A stretch of DNA of 64,000 nucleotides from Raillietiella orientalis (GCA_036172245.1 JAYWIR010000020.1:2852001-2916000), one strand, 5' to 3'; shown: positions 1 through 13,350, counted from the stretch's first letter. Program-made: numbers and translations. Notes: generated from the sequence alone by a model not told the origin.

Positions 1-1900
1 AGACGACATCTGAGCCAAACTGCTTTCGTCTGGAATTTCTTTCTTTTCCTTCCTTCTGCTATGTTCATCTCATAGCTTCCAGCCCGGCTTCGACACCGAT
101 GCTGATGCCGGGAGCCTCACCCACTCTCTTCGGACTCCGGGATTCGGGATGGGGGCTCGAAGTCGCTGCCTACGCTCTGCCGTTCAGTTTCGCTGCATCT
201 CCGCCGGGTCGTCTCGCAGGTTGCGCACAAGCTTTTCTATAAGGAAAGACTGGAACCTTCGGCATGCTCCTGGAACCGCTCAGCCGCGATCGGGAACTAC
301 TAATTCCGGTCCCGGGGCGCGTTTGACAGGGAGCAGCCGAAAGAACGTCAAGGCAGCTCCTTCTCGCGAGGAAGGGAAAGCAGAAGCCGTCTCGCGCAGA
401 GCCAGAGCCTGTCTTGGTGAATGGCGAGAGCAACGCGATGGCGGCGCCAAGTCGTCTCTTCCACGAAACCACAGGACGACAAAGGACGCTGCCACGCTCT
501 GAAGCACGTTCGAGCAAAGACACTTTTCTGTGCTCCCTGAGAAGCTGGCTGCGCGCTAGTTTTCGCTCCAGGTCAGATTGCCCTCGCCCATGCAAAAATC
601 TGCACCTGACGGATGCACGCGTTGCGTGGACGCCCGAAAGAGACTCGCCGGCGGAAAACTCCGAAGCACAATGGAAACTTTCACAAGTCGTGAGATCTAA
701 TGGAACACCGCGTTTTCGTGATCCTTTGAAAGCTGGAAATCCGATTGGGAAAAGGACTGCACGTGATGACGCCGATTTGTTACATAAGTATTTAATGAAT
801 CAAGCGCGGCTGGGGATCGGCAAAGGGTGAGCGAATTCTGTTTGTTCGTGTCCACCACCACGTGAGTGTGGCAAAATAGAAGCAGGCCTGGTTTCCTGCT
901 GGGAGCCTTCCGGATGATCTCTCCTTGAACCTTGGACCCGCTATCGATCGAGGAGCCACTCTCCCGAGAGAACGGGTCGTGAAGACTCTACAAGAGGAAG
1001 AGATTTCTGAGGCTGGAAGCGTCCCCCCACGCCTTCGCTTTGGAAGGGTTCGTGAGGACGAGCAGATCACGAAAATCAGGAGCTGCTGCTTCACGGATGG
1101 CACCTCCTTTGACGGCTGTTTCCCTCCTTTCCCTTTTGTATCGACCTTAAACTGAAGACTGACCGCACGACATGGCAACTGGCAAGGGACAGCTCCGCGG
1201 AAACGGCGGCGACGATCTGTCCGCTCCCACTCTGACGGCAAACAAACGAATGGCTTCGTTTAGATGCGAACGATAAGTTGCCCTGAGATAAGAGAAGACA
1301 CGGTTGGCCTCTGGAATCGAGGGAGAGGGAGATCGAGGAAGTACAGGACTGCGTTCCCAAACTACCAACTTGGTCGGGAACTGCATATCAAGGGTGGTCA
1401 CAAGCGCGCATGCGAAAAGAAAAAAAAAAACAGGGACCAACTTGCCAGATGGCGGGGCAGGCACAATTTGAACGAGGGTTCGGGTTAAACCGACTAGTCA
1501 TCGACGGTCACTTTTCACCCTTCAATGTCGATCGAGATGCGCAGCAGATGATGCGCCAGGAAGCATCCTTTGCAAGATATCTTCCAATATCCTCCTTGCC
1601 CATCCGTGGGTATCAAGGAAAGAAGACCCTTCTTTTCCACCCCGATGCAGCCCGAACTCGCCTCCAACGCCCTCCGGCATGAAGAGGTTCGCTGTCTCGC
1701 AACGGAGTGCAGGCATGGGCCCGCGACTTCGTGATGTCGCACGTCCTTTCGTTGGCTGCCGTAGCGGCTGCGAAGTCGGCAAAGGTCCTCGAGGTCTTGG
1801 CGGGGAGGCCTAAGTGGAGGCGGCCGTCAGTCAGTTCCACCGCAGAAGCGGCAGCAGGTTCGGCCTACCTCCACTCATTCTCGGGAAAATGCCATTCGTC
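1..1900 (-). mobile_element. Decayed Ty3/Gypsy LTR-retrotransposon gag-pol remnant
   Basis: Frameshifted minus-strand motifs occur in Gypsy order: gag with degenerate zinc knuckles (~1540-1660), RT start (THVVVDTNKQNSLTLC, ~825-875), integrase core end (TRPGTGISSSRSRLSGSRSMPKVP, ~250-325) and integrase C-terminus (GSYEMNIAEGR, ~48-80). Most of RT/RNase H is missing and no LTR was seen. Confidence 0.45.
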
Positions 1901-2540
1901 CAGAGAGGATCCGTTGACACACAATACCCAAGATTAGCCAACATTATTATTATTATTATTTGGGGGGGGAGGGAGAGAGGGGAATAACTTGTCAGTAGTT
2001 GAGACCTCTGCCTTCTTATCATAATGAGAAGCTGTAGGAATCAGGTGAAATTGCTACATGGGTTGGAATTTTGACAACGTGCCTGCAAGAGTTGCCATAG
2101 CAAAATCGTAGACATTCAGGATTACTAAATGAGCTCTACCAGAGCCTAAGAAGACTTCGCACCTCAGACTTCGCACATCCCAGCGTCAAGATAGAAACAT
2201 CCCTGTGTTCAGCGAGAGACTTATCTAGCTGGTTGCAGCGGAAAGCTCAATGTTTTCACAGCATCCTCACAAAGCAAACGAGAACGATCTTGGAAACCAC
2301 TGTCTCTACGACACATTCGATGCCTTCTCCGACTTCATTCACCTTTTCTTCTCTTGTTTTACTCTACTCGGACTAATATTGATCAGCTTGTTGCTTTGTT
2401 TTCATGATCTTTTCAAAGCAGTTCTTCCAGAGGAAAGTAGTCTTTTATCTTTTTTTCTATTTTTTAAAAAAACTGTCAGTAGCGACCTCGCGGAGAGATC
2501 GTTCCTATGCCTAGGATGATTACTACTCGGTTATGCGGAA

Positions 2541-3440
2541 GCATTTCGTTACGTAAGGCAGCGAAGATACATTGATGTAATGGGACCGTGGGTTCTACCA
2601 CGCGCGATGAACCTGCCGAAGAGCGGCACGCAGACCGGCGAGGACCGCTTCGGCAGCGTGGGGGAAGGGAAAACAAAACAAAAACAAACAAACAAACGAA
2701 ACAGGGGAGGGGAAATCGTACACGGGGAGGGAAGACCGAGAAAGGGGTCACACGGTACGCTGCCAGGCTCCCTCTGCATCCTGTTTCCCAGAGTGCCGGC
2801 AAGTTCCGTCCGTGTCTCGCCCCCAGGTGGGGTCATCTCGAGGCGATCCTCAGGAAGATCCGCGCCCAGTGGATGGCGTCCCTGCCGTTTCGGCCTCCTC
2901 TTCCGGCGTCCCAGGCCGCCGTGATCCCGCGGAGATGGCGAAGGACTGCGGGGAACGCACCTTGAAAACGTCCCTGGGGCTTCCCTCCGAACGTCGCTGG
3001 GGCCATTCCTAGAGTCGCCGCGAGGCGATCCCAAAGGGATGTGAGGGCAGCACGGTCCAACAGCAGCGGGAAGATGGAGACCCTCGCGCACCAGTCGCAC
3101 TCCTCAGTGTCCAGTGGTGAAGGCGCGCTGCGCACGGGATTCCCCCATGCAACACCAGCAACGCCAACACGTGCCACTCGAGGAGGAGGGCGCCACTGCT
3201 CCAGCACGCTGCGGGGGGAGCAATTCACCTACTCCGGGGGGATGTCGAGCAGCTCACCCCAGCGTAGAAGTCCTTGGAGTGGGACACTCGGGGTGGCAGC
3301 TGTCCGTCACTTCCCGAGCTGTCCGCGCCCCCAGAAGCTTCGTCTTTGCTGGTAAGCAGCATGTCACTTGCCGGGATCATGCTGTCCCTTGCATTTTTCA
3401 GGGAGGGCAGCACCGGAGCAAGGGGGGTAGACGAGGTCCA
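2541..3440. repeat. 900-bp inverted duplicate of 26481-27380
   Basis: The reverse complement matches 26481-27380. Only three substitutions were noticed, all within ~45 nt of the outer end, and the ORF-track translations of the two copies are otherwise identical. Confidence 0.95.
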
Positions 3441-4964
3441 CCGCATGAACTTGAGCGGTTCAGAGACGACTTCGGGGATGAGATGCGGTTTGAGATTCTC
3501 TTGAGCGGGTTGCGGACCTTTGCATCTCCGAAGAATTGCGAGCGTTGCAGGTGGACTCACTTCGCCTCGTTCGCTCCATGGATCTTCCCTCAAGCGAAGG
3601 CCGACTCCTGGAGCCGGGCAGTGTAGTTCGCGAGGAGGCAGGAGATTCAGGTGTCCTCCTCCACAAAGGCAATCATGCTTCTCAGTTGAAAACCACAATA
3701 CCTCAAACTGGTTGATGATTGGTCACGAGGACCGAAGGCAGCCTCTCGCAGCCGGTTGCTCTCTTCGCGAAGTGCCGTGCTGGAGCGCCCCAGAGCGTGG
3801 TCCATGCTCCCGCCGCGGGGGTGAGCCTTCTGAATTGGAGCTGACTCTCCATCCTCTCCATCGTGAGAGGGTCCAGTCCACCATCCTTACGCAGCGCTCA
3901 CAAGTCTTGCAAGCAGACACGAGACCTCCGTGTGCCCCAAAGGGCTTTTCTCAGGAAGTTCTCGGTCTTTCCCTTGATGACTGGAGGGGAGGGGCAAACA
4001 AAAAGCAGGGGGCGAAGGAGAGGGGCCACAAAAGTGTCCCACACCACGGTCCGTTCCGGCCAGTAGAACTTGCCTCCTAGGAACGGGCCGAGCGCCATTT
4101 CTACCTTCTGAAGACAGCTGCACCAGGCTTCTGCTACGCAGAAGTCCCCCAATGGAACACCGAGGTACTTCACGTACCGCCTGTGAGGATCCCCAAGCGA
4201 TCCAGTCCGACCGTCTTGCCCACGTCGCACTGACCGGCACCAAGAACGACTTCGCCCTGCCCGCCTCCAGGCCTGCTCCCCGACTTGACAACTCGAGAAG
4301 AAGCGCTCGAGCGCTGACGCCGGGGTGGACCCGGGGAGCAGCAGCAGAAGATCGTCCGGTAGGCCGACACTGCAGGCGTGCTTAGGCACGAGCTCGGCAG
4401 GGTTGCCAGAGTCTCCCCGTATGCTCTCAGCACCAGATCGAAGTGGACACTGAAGACCAGGAGGGGACTCGGGCTGTCACCCAGTCTTACGCCGCGGCGA
4501 ACGGGCACGCCACGCACGTGCCTTAACGAAACAAGTGTTAATGAGCGCCAATAGCAGCGCAGATAGGCCGGGAGTCACATGCGTTCCAGGAGCTCCAGGA
4601 GGAGTTCCTGGCTCGACGCAGCAGTCGAAAGCTTTGCGCAGATCGACCGCGAACGCGAGGGCTCCAGGGCGCGTCTGATCCTTGGTGGCAGAGGAGAATC
4701 CAGGATTCTCATGACCCGCTGGTGCAACCCGCTGTTGCGACTAGGGATGCTGGACGATGGGTTCTTCCGTTCTTGCTCCTTTCCCTCCGGCTTTTTTCTC
4801 TCTCTTCGAGTTTCCTTTGTTTCTGGCTTGGCAAACAAACCGTTCGCCTCCTTGAGTGGGGCCCGGAAAGTTCTTCAGCACTACCTACGAGCTACTTTTT
4901 GCAAAGAAGCTTCTGATGTGACCAGCGGAGCACTGTGCACGCCACTCGAGAGCCTTCCTGGACT

Positions 4965-5235
4965 CGTAGGAAGGCTCCGGAGGAAGAATTCCGTTCCTCT
5001 CTTACGCTTGGGGAGAAAAATCCCTAAGGAAACCTCTTCCTTGTTCTCTCCGGAGGGATCCAACAGAGGTGGGGCCACTCCCTCGTTTCCTCTCCGAAGG
5101 GAACCCGAAATTTCCAGATTCCTCTGAAGGGCCGCTCCTCGAAGGGAGCAGCGCACTTCTTGACTCTCTCGAGAGAATCCCGCCACGGAGTCGATTCTGG
5201 GTAGGATTGGAACCCGCGGCGCGCGGTTCTTTTTC
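4965..5235 (-). mobile_element. Truncated copy of the hairpin-rich tRNA-headed SINE-like element, nested in LINE copy 1
   Basis: The minus strand reads GCGCCGCGGGTTCCAATCC (B-box-like), then GGGATTCTCTC...CTGCTCCCTTCGAGGAGCGG...GGAGTGGCCCCACCTC...TCCGGAGAGAACAAGGAAGAGG, which aligns to 25915-26260. Confidence 0.65.
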
Positions 5236-6031
5236 ATCTTCTTGGTATGGTGGATCCTCGAAGGCTCTTGGCACGAGTCAGGCACAAGTCCCTAGCGATA
5301 CTCTTCGAGGTCGGTCACCAAAAGAATGGGATTTCCGGCGCAAAGCAGCTGGGATCGGGATGTTTTCTCATCGAGATGATTGCTCTAGGAGATGTCTCTT
5401 TTCTCCAGCAACCCTCAAGAGTTCCTGTGCTTGGCAGTCGGGAAAGGCGGCTGTTGGAAGCATGGGATGGCGAAACTCTGTGTGTCTCCGCGAAGGCTGC
5501 CTTCGGTACTATTGAATTCGGGACTGCCGCAGCCGGCACGTCGCGGATGAGACACCAAGCACGTCGAGGCCGAGACCTCACAACGTGACCGGACTACAAG
5601 AGAACCGCCTTAGGCTTCGAGGCAGCAGCACCCTTCCCGCGCGCTCCGCTCGCTTGAAAGCTCGTCCAGAAGAGATAGCGCGCCCCGCGTGAAGGCGCCA
5701 AAGAAGTTCTTTTGCAATCTTGCTGCGCCTCTGTAGCCGGTGGAGGCAGGAGGAAAGTCGCGCGCCTGCGCTCGAGCGAGCAGGCAGAAGCCCAGCCACG
5801 AGGTGTGTATCGAGCGGATGCTCCAAAGTGATCGCAGCTGAGGCGCCCATTTTTTATTAGCTGGTCACCGCTCACTCTTGGCTCGTATTACGTTGCTCAC
5901 CTATCCCTACGTGCAGCAATTCCGAGGGAATTCCACCTCGAAATTCCTGCATCGAAAGAGCTCTTGCTGTTTCCTTTCCGAAATGTTTTCTGCCCTTAAG
6001 CAATGTTTTTTTTTTTTTTTCTTCTCAGCTA

Positions 6032-6630
6032 AACATCCGTTCGGCACCGAGATGGGGCGAAGCTGAAATTTCGGCAGCTCACGTGCAAGAAGAGTGCTGG
6101 AGCATCTCTATATACGATGCTTTCTGACAATCGACTGACGACTACCCCTACTACAACCCTACTGATCCTTTCTAACTCGATATGACCCTACCCCCACTGC
6201 TTCCTGTGTCTTTTTCTTTCTTTCTGAATGTCCTCCCTACGTCCTCGAGTAGCGAAAGCGCGAGGGAAAACAGAAAAATATTGCAGAGAGTCACCTCGGA
6301 CCCAGTTTCATGAGTCACCGCATCTCTTTATACGATCCTTTTCGCTTTTCCCACTCTCACCAAGGCAACGCTGGTCACTCTTAGTCTTTCAGTCGCACTT
6401 TAATCCATGTTAGAAACCTGGCTCTTAGGCAAGTGTCCACCAGAATTCAGGAAGAGCGTTCCGACTTTAGAAGGTTCCGAAGACCGCTCAAGAGCATATT
6501 GAAAGGGAAAGCGATACGAGAAGGGAAGTCCCATTCCATCTACTTGGAGGATGTTTTCGAGCCAGCACTCTTCTTGCACGTGAGCTGCCGAAATTCCAAC
6601 TTCAACCCATCTCGGTGCCGAACGGATGTT
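6032..6630. repeat. 69-bp inverted repeat pair (6032-6100 and 6562-6630)
   Basis: AACATCCGTTCGGCACCGAGATGGG...CACGTGCAAGAAGAGTGCTGG is the reverse complement of CCAGCACTCTTCTTGCACGTG...CCCATCTCGGTGCCGAACGGATGTT, with a few mismatches. Confidence 0.9.
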
Positions 6631-6640
6631 CACAGAGAGG
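6300..6640 (+). mobile_element. Mariner-like transposase C-terminal remnant
   Basis: SDFRRFRRPLKSILKGK...YLEDVF resembles the mariner C-terminal motif PSD(Y/F)HLFRSL..FL.GK...W(L/I)DEFF. Heavily decayed, no TIR found. Confidence 0.4.
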
Positions 6641-7140
6641 TTGCCGAGCTACGAGAACCCTCATGGATGTTCAGGAGCGTTCTTGGGGTGGCGAGCGGAC
6701 CCCACTAACCCATAGAGAACACCCAATGGGTACTTGGAAGCGGGCGTGTCCTCTCTCTGCAGGCACTCAGCAACAGCCTGAAATTTGTCCGCCTTCTTTT
6801 GCTCTGGCAAGGCAACAAATGGGGACCACAGTGACTTTCGGGATAGGGGAGTCGCACGGCCGAATGAGCCCTTTCACAGTTTGCCACTTTTCCCTACCAC
6901 GAGCGATTTGTTCCCGGGTGGAAACATGACGGCAGAAGCGGGAGCACCTTTCAGGTTTCAGGGGGAAGCACGCGTGCGTCCTTTGAATCCCTAAACCCGC
7001 ATTGCGCGATGCACTTCATCGTGCACGTTGGGCAGCACTTCCCGGAGGATGAGTGGAGCAAATGACAGGAAGCACCGTGAATGCGTTTGTCGCAGGGGAT
7101 GCGTGGAAGCACGACGAATGCCCTCATCTGGAAAGCTCAC

Positions 7141-7531
7141 AAACAATAAACACATGTGTTTTGTACATGGATTGATATATATTAAAAATATTACAAAAAA
7201 CGAACATGTGTGCTTATTATGCATATTAATATATATAGTGATGAATACACGAATTTATTTTAACATACATATTATTAATATACTACTGATGTAAAAATAT
7301 ACATATAGATGCTTATCATATATATTTTTAGACATAATAAATATGAATTAAATGGATAGATGAACGTTAAATTACTAAAAAATGATGGATAAAAAATTAA
7401 AAATAGTGAAAAAACGTATGTTATAAACGTACGTATTTATTTTTTGCGTCAATAATATATATATATACATGTTATTAATTATATTCGTAATATGCATTCT
7501 ATACATATATATATATGTACAATTATGCACA

Positions 7532-7579
<48 letters not shown>

Positions 7580-7735
7580 GTATATGCATATGCACAGTAT
7601 ATGTACTTATTGTGCATACATATATATGCACAATAAGCATATATTTTTTAATAATATTTCTAATATATATGAGCCCATATATAAATATGTGTATGAACAT
7701 CCATACTAAGTACGTATATTTACTTTTTGCGACCT
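7141..7735. repeat. AT-rich low-complexity block with (TA)n/(TATG)n microsatellite and imperfect inverted arms
   Basis: Sharp composition change; (TA)n(TATG)n at ~7532-7580; 7151-7226 resembles the reverse complement of 7624-7691. Confidence 0.75.
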
Positions 7736-7799
7736 TTCTAGATTGAGGCATTTGGGATTTCGGTCGTTCGTTATTTCGAAGCGGCCCCGTTTGGAAGAA

Positions 7800-8500
7800 C
7801 GTGACCACTTGGGGCCGACGCAAGCGGCGCGTCTTCAGGTCGTCGTCCTGTGCAGCACTGCTGTTCCAAAGCCCTGTCTGCCGGTAGATCTGCATCAGAT
7901 GGAGAGGATCCCCCGGATACCAGCCGACCGTTTCGCTCCGGATTGGATTTCGAAAAAGGTAGGCAGCTTAGCGCTGGGGAAGAATTCCTGCCGCAATGCT
8001 GCTGCTGCTCCTTTTTTCCTTCTTTTCTGGTGCTAAAGGAATTTAGAAATCTCACCAAAAGCGTGACTAGAAAGCCACGGGAGACTCCACCTCACACGCA
8101 GCAGATCTTCTCGTTCATCTACGAGGACCAGAAAGCGCAAAGCAAGCGTCTAATGGGTGTTTGCATCTGTTGATTTCACGTCTCCCAAGGTACGAGCAGT
8201 ATCCCGAGAAAACACCTTTGGAAGAACCTGCCCATCCGTTCGAAACTCGCTGCTTTGCAATGATGATTCCGCAGCTTCCATGGACCGATTTTGTGCTCGG
8301 TTCTGCTCGTCGAAAGACGACCTCTTGCATTTTTGTTCCGTGTTCTGAGGCAAAATGTTGGCAGCGAAAATTCTGATGGGGATGACTAGCAGTGTGAGAT
8401 TGCAGAGGACTTCTTCATGTCTTGAGGAAAGCTGTTTATTCATTTGTTTACCATCTTCCACGATTGGAAAATCTGCAGACCCTCACGAACGTCGCCCTCC
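7800..8500 (-). mobile_element. Gypsy-type gag remnant
   Basis: Degenerate match to the gag pattern F..R.Q...ES....L..LA..C.F...RD.L..G..D..I..RLL, spread across frames. Confidence 0.35.
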
Positions 8501-9049
8501 GTTTCCCTCTGCAGCGAAACGCGTCTAGAGACCGGGATGCAAGTCATCCCGAACCCAAAAGTCTCACTATCGATGTGTACGATTTAGATGTTTCCTCGGC
8601 CTATGAACAAAGGGAAAAAATTCGTAATTCGGGATTTCTATCTTAACTTCTGCTGAAAATAGAAAGAAATTGAAAGGAAGCATTCAAATTGAAACTGCGT
8701 GTGCGATTCTTCTGCAATCATGGAAAATATCGAAATATATATATATATTTAAATAAAAGGCGACTTTTGATGTTTTCTAACTAAAAATTTTTAAAGTAGA
8801 GTTTTGAATTTGATCTCAAGTCGGCTTCTTTGATGCACTGAAAAGAATCAGAACACTGGTGTCTGTTTTTCCGGGTTCCAGGATCGGAGGTACGTCCAAT
8901 CCTGGAACTTTTGCTGGCATGGACATCCGATTTTTTTTTTTTTTTTGTCTCTTCGTTTTGATTTCAGTGTACCAAAGAAGAAATTGCTGTTTCTTCAAGT
9001 TTCTTGGAATCTTGAGAACTCCCTGAGCTTTATCAGCTGCATCCACCTG

Positions 9050-9800
9050 CCAAACATCACGTTTCCAAATCGTCGATTTCAGTTTGCAATGGAATTAGAA
9101 GTGAACATCCGCAATTTTCTACACCTCACCGTCTGGTGCCGTCAAATCCCCTGAAGAGAATCCTGCCAACAGTCAGAGAGATGGGTTGGATCTTTTCGTT
9201 TCTTCTTAACGCTGCATGTGCTTCAACATGGCGGACAAGAGGAATATTTCTTCCCCACTTGATTTTCTCGCATTTTTTGTGTGTGTTTTATCAAGTCCAA
9301 CCAGGAGTAACCCACCGTTCTGAACTCGTCCTCAAAGAGCCACATTGGTACATCTTTCAATAGTTGCCCAGGTTGCCCTTGGACTCACTTTTTCAGCTGC
9401 CTGTTCACTTTTCAGAAATGTATTGACTCCATTAGTTTTACGAACTCTTCTTACGAATAGCAAGATTCGAGTGCTCTCTTCACTCTCTAAATTCATTTTC
9501 TTCTCAAGGTGGCATCTCGAAGATTTCCACCAAGACCACCTTCAAGTTAAGATGAAAGCAGAAACTGAATTCCGATGGAACTGACTATCCTTAGGAAGGA
9601 CTCGTCCTTAAAGAACGGAGTCAAGGCGCCATTCACCGAGTAGATGCCAGGTGGCCGGCTGCAACATGTGGTCCATGCAGCAAGCCAAAGTTTTCAAGAG
9701 GACCGCCGCGTCTTCGTGCAAAGCAGCCACCCTGTTGCAGATGGATTCGTGCCTGCTCCGTACGCGAGCTGCGGACCGCGACCTTGAACACAACGAACGC
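9050..9800 (+). mobile_element. RTE-like LINE C-terminal remnant
   Basis: Thumb-like LFRNVLTPLVLRTLLTNSKIRV, followed by degenerate RW and (W)AG..V..M motifs. Confidence 0.4.
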
Positions 9801-10119
9801 CAATTTCTTAAATTGAAAATTTATGATAGTCTGATTCTCCATTTTTTTTTTTTTTACCTTACGGTCACATCCCCTCTCTCTAGTTTCACAGGTTGAACTG
9901 TTAAGTTTCGTCATATTGATTTGTTTCCGGAGATAGACCCGGAGGAGAATGGGGGGAGAGACAGAAAAACGAGTTTTTTTTCTGTTACGAAACAAGACCG
10001 ACATCTACAAAGCATCAAACAGAACCAATACGGAGGCGGAACCCAAATCGCAGAACTCTGGAGGAAAACCTCGGCGACAGTTGGATCATGTTTTTCAAGT
10101 AGCTTCCAAAATAGTCCCG

Positions 10120-11450
10120 AAAGCGCCACAAAATGATGCCGCGGGGCTCGTGCTTAAAATGCGAGGAAGGTGGCCAAAGTATGGTGCTGCATCAAATGAC
10201 ACCTGCGAACGCTTTCGGGAAGCATACGCTTTGCTGATCACTTCAGCCTGTCGCTGGAAAGGCGGGGGAGATGTAACTTGCCGCCGGCATTTTCGAGGAA
10301 ATCACCAGCCAGCCTGCTTCTAAATGCACAGAGTGTTATAGCCGCAAGCAGGAAGTCCCAGCCGATTCGCCTCGAAACCACTTGCCCGCCATTTTCTTTC
10401 AACGTGCAGCCCAAGGTGCAAATCTCAAAGCACGCAAGTTGGCCTCAAGAGAAGATCACTCTCGATGCTGGACCTCGTTGAGTTTCCCGTCTTTCCGGCT
10501 GAAGATGAAAAGCAGGAGGAGAGAGATGCTAGGGTGGTGATAAATAAGGGATAGGTTCCTCAACAGTCAGGTCCGTTCCCCATCAGAACGGAGGGAGGAC
10601 AGAGAGTAATTTCTTCAGCAGAAGATGGTTCCGCGGCGAATAGGGAATAGGAAGGAAGTCAAGGTTCTGAACACAGGCGTGGAGAAGACTTGAGGCAAAT
10701 CTTTGGATCAGCTGCGTCAATTCGAGGGGGGGGGAGGGTAAAAGACAGAATTCCGTGGAGAAGAATTTTCATTGGAGACGCTTCGGGTGATGAAATAAAA
10801 GCAGATCCCAATCCATTTTGCTAGGGATGCTCTAGACATGACTTGGGATTGCTTCCAGCACATCCAGGGATGAAATAGGCGACCCACTTCTACGATCGGA
10901 AGAATTTCCTCCCTTATCATCCTTTTTCCAGTCTCTTGACTGGCTCGGTAACATCAGTGTGCGGATGAAAGAAGCATTTCTTGAATCATGGGGAAAGCAG
11001 TACTTTCATGTACGGATTGGCGATGACGATCGTCCTTTCCAATGAGTACTTTTGCTCAGCAAGGGTCACTGCAAACTCTTGAAGAGGAAACACACATGCC
11101 CACTCTACGGCATGACTCCGATCCCAACTGACAGCTTCCCTTTATGTGGAAACGGGCGACTGCGATTCGACGAGACGCCTCGCCGTTTTCAAATCTGCTT
11201 CCCGAGACCAACAGCCCACGGATGGGGTTTCTGCAGCTTCCCGTTTACCGCACGTTTCTTCGGATGAGATCATTCCCCAATTTCATGTTTCTTCCGAAGG
11301 CAAATGTCGATTCCAGAGATCATTCATTCCTGCTTCCGAAGACTTCGTGAGGCTGCACTACTCTTTGTGTAATTCGGTCGAGTGATCAGAGTTGGTCTGC
11401 ATTCCACCATCTTTCGCAGTCCTGGAGGCACGCCATCGTCCTGCATGCTG
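10120..11450 (-). mobile_element. R2-superfamily non-LTR RT fragment
   Basis: AEEITLCPPSVLMGNGPD (PI..EEI...APGPDG-like), SRVIF, VVSRRI, AF...G..EN and PKAFA occur in RT0-RT3 order. Confidence 0.6.
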
Positions 11451-12849
11451 AGATGTGATTTGGGCGAGTTTCGGGGATGAGGTACTTTCATCCTCGTCCC
11501 TTTTTTTCATTGCATCAGCCATCAGAGACGAACGCCGCCTGAACTTGAAAGAACGAAATGCACTCTCGAGTTACAGCTACAGTGTGCAGCTGCCTCCTGT
11601 TTGGAATGCGGTGCTCACAACGACCTGGTTCTCTGCATTTTCATTATGGAGAAAGGTGGAGATGAATTTTCTGATATCACCCAGATCGTATAAACGAGAC
11701 GGTGGGATGAAAAATAAACGAAAAACTAGAGTACAAAGAGAAGCATCAAGAGAAACTCCTGCAATTTCCATGGATACTGCATAGAACCGGAGGCATATTT
11801 TTGCATTATCTGCATCCATCATCGTGCTGGAAACCGAATCATAAGATGCATTCGGTGCTTTAAGCTGCACTTTCATCTTCCATCTCGACCTTCAGCTTCG
11901 AGATCACGCCTGTGATCCACTCTTTCATTACTTTGTCACTTCCCCATTCATTCCCTTTGCTTGTCAATCTTTTGCGAGTGCAGGGACTTATCGGAAAAGT
12001 GCCCCGCGACCCATCATCCCTTATTTATTACCACTCTGGTCTTTCTCTCTTCTTACTTTTCATCTTCAGCCAGAAAGTAGTTGGATGACTGCTCCGAATT
12101 CTGAAGGGATACGTGATAAACAAGTTCTTTGAAAAAAGAGGAGGCAAAGGAACACACACAAAAAAATATATATATAAAATCGCTCCCCCCCCCATTAAAG
12201 TCGCATTAGCTGACTTGCCCTGCCCTGCAGCGAGGGCGTAGAACAGCGATTTTCATTAGTTGTCACGAGAGTGGGGAACAAATATTTTTCGCCCTAGGTC
12301 CGTTTCGCGTTCGGTCTTCCCACTTTCGACCGCGCAGGAAGAACTTTTTGGAGGCGGCGCCGCTCGCGATTCCGCCCGTCGACCTGCAATGCCCTGCCGA
12401 CGGACAGCGCCGATGCCGAGAGAGCTCAGGATGGGGGGAAAACCATGGGGGTTTCCTCCAACTTTTGGAAGACACGAGCAAGAGAACCTCCTGAGGCTGC
12501 TAGGGATGCGCGGCGGAGCCAGGAGCGAAAACACCACGGAGGAGGCTCGCGAGAGAGTAAGGACGCTTCTTTTAGAGATTAAATAAATACATTTATCAGC
12601 TTCAACAAGAGAACCCGCCATTTGTGTGTGTGTATGTGTGTGTGTTTATTTTTTTTCTAATGCCTCGACTTCGCGAGGACGCAAACTGTCGAGATTCCGA
12701 CCTTCGTATCGACGAAGCATCGAAAAAGAAAGGAAGAGCACAAAAGCCAGGTCCGCTGCATTGCAAAAGAAGTGTTTTTTTTTTTTTTTTTGAGAAGTGG
12801 GGGGGAGGGGGGGAGAGACAATGGAGACGTTGAGAGAACAGACGCAAAA

Positions 12850-13350
12850 CTCATTTCGAAGGCTTATTGATTCGAACACGAGGAAACGAAGGTCGCGCAG
12901 TGCAAGAGGGCGGGTCTGCTTCGTAGTCTCTTGGAAAAGCGTGGCTCCTTTCTTCAGCATCGGGATTAACAGCAGGCATCCAACGGAACCGCCGGCTTCT
13001 TTCACGCTAGAGACGTCTCCGCCGCCGCCTCCTGTTCCTTTCCCTTCAGCGGCAATTCTGAGCTCGACATGGGTGAGGGCTCACAGCATCCTCGCATCTG
13101 AGGAACGCCTGCCATAAGGCGGATCGCCCAGCCGCTGAGAAGGAAAGGAACTCTCTGGTCGGAAGACCCGACCTTTTTGAGTTTCAAGCTCAGGCCGAGG
13201 ACCAAACCCGGAACTTCGAGGCTGGAAGGAGGACCGAAACTGCAAGTCCCCGCAACGTTGCTTTGTGAAGCAATGGAAGCACTTCCGGTTACAGAATGGA
13301 GAAGTTTCGGAATTACCAACCATTTTTCGAACATGGCTGTCACTTCTTTC
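12850..13350 (-). mobile_element. LINE RT N-terminal fragment
   Basis: LLIPMLKKG...TRPLALRD...VFESI matches the RT1-2 motif I.PI.KKG...YRPISL...K.FE. Confidence 0.5.

Larger units (their letters stand above)
2480..5870 (-). mobile_element. L1/Tx1-like non-LTR retrotransposon ORF2 fossil, copy 1
   Basis: Ordered motifs: end of APE endonuclease (SCDH...GW, ~5790-5840), MKKNRAP (~5220-5240), IDLRKAFD-like (~4625-4648), GVRLGDSPSPLL (~4460-4495), AY-type RT5 remnant, YVKYLGVPLG (~4150-4177), KDGGL, C-terminal CDWC zinc motif (~3085-3100), then a 3' region with (GTTT)n. Multiple frameshifts and stops. Confidence 0.8.
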
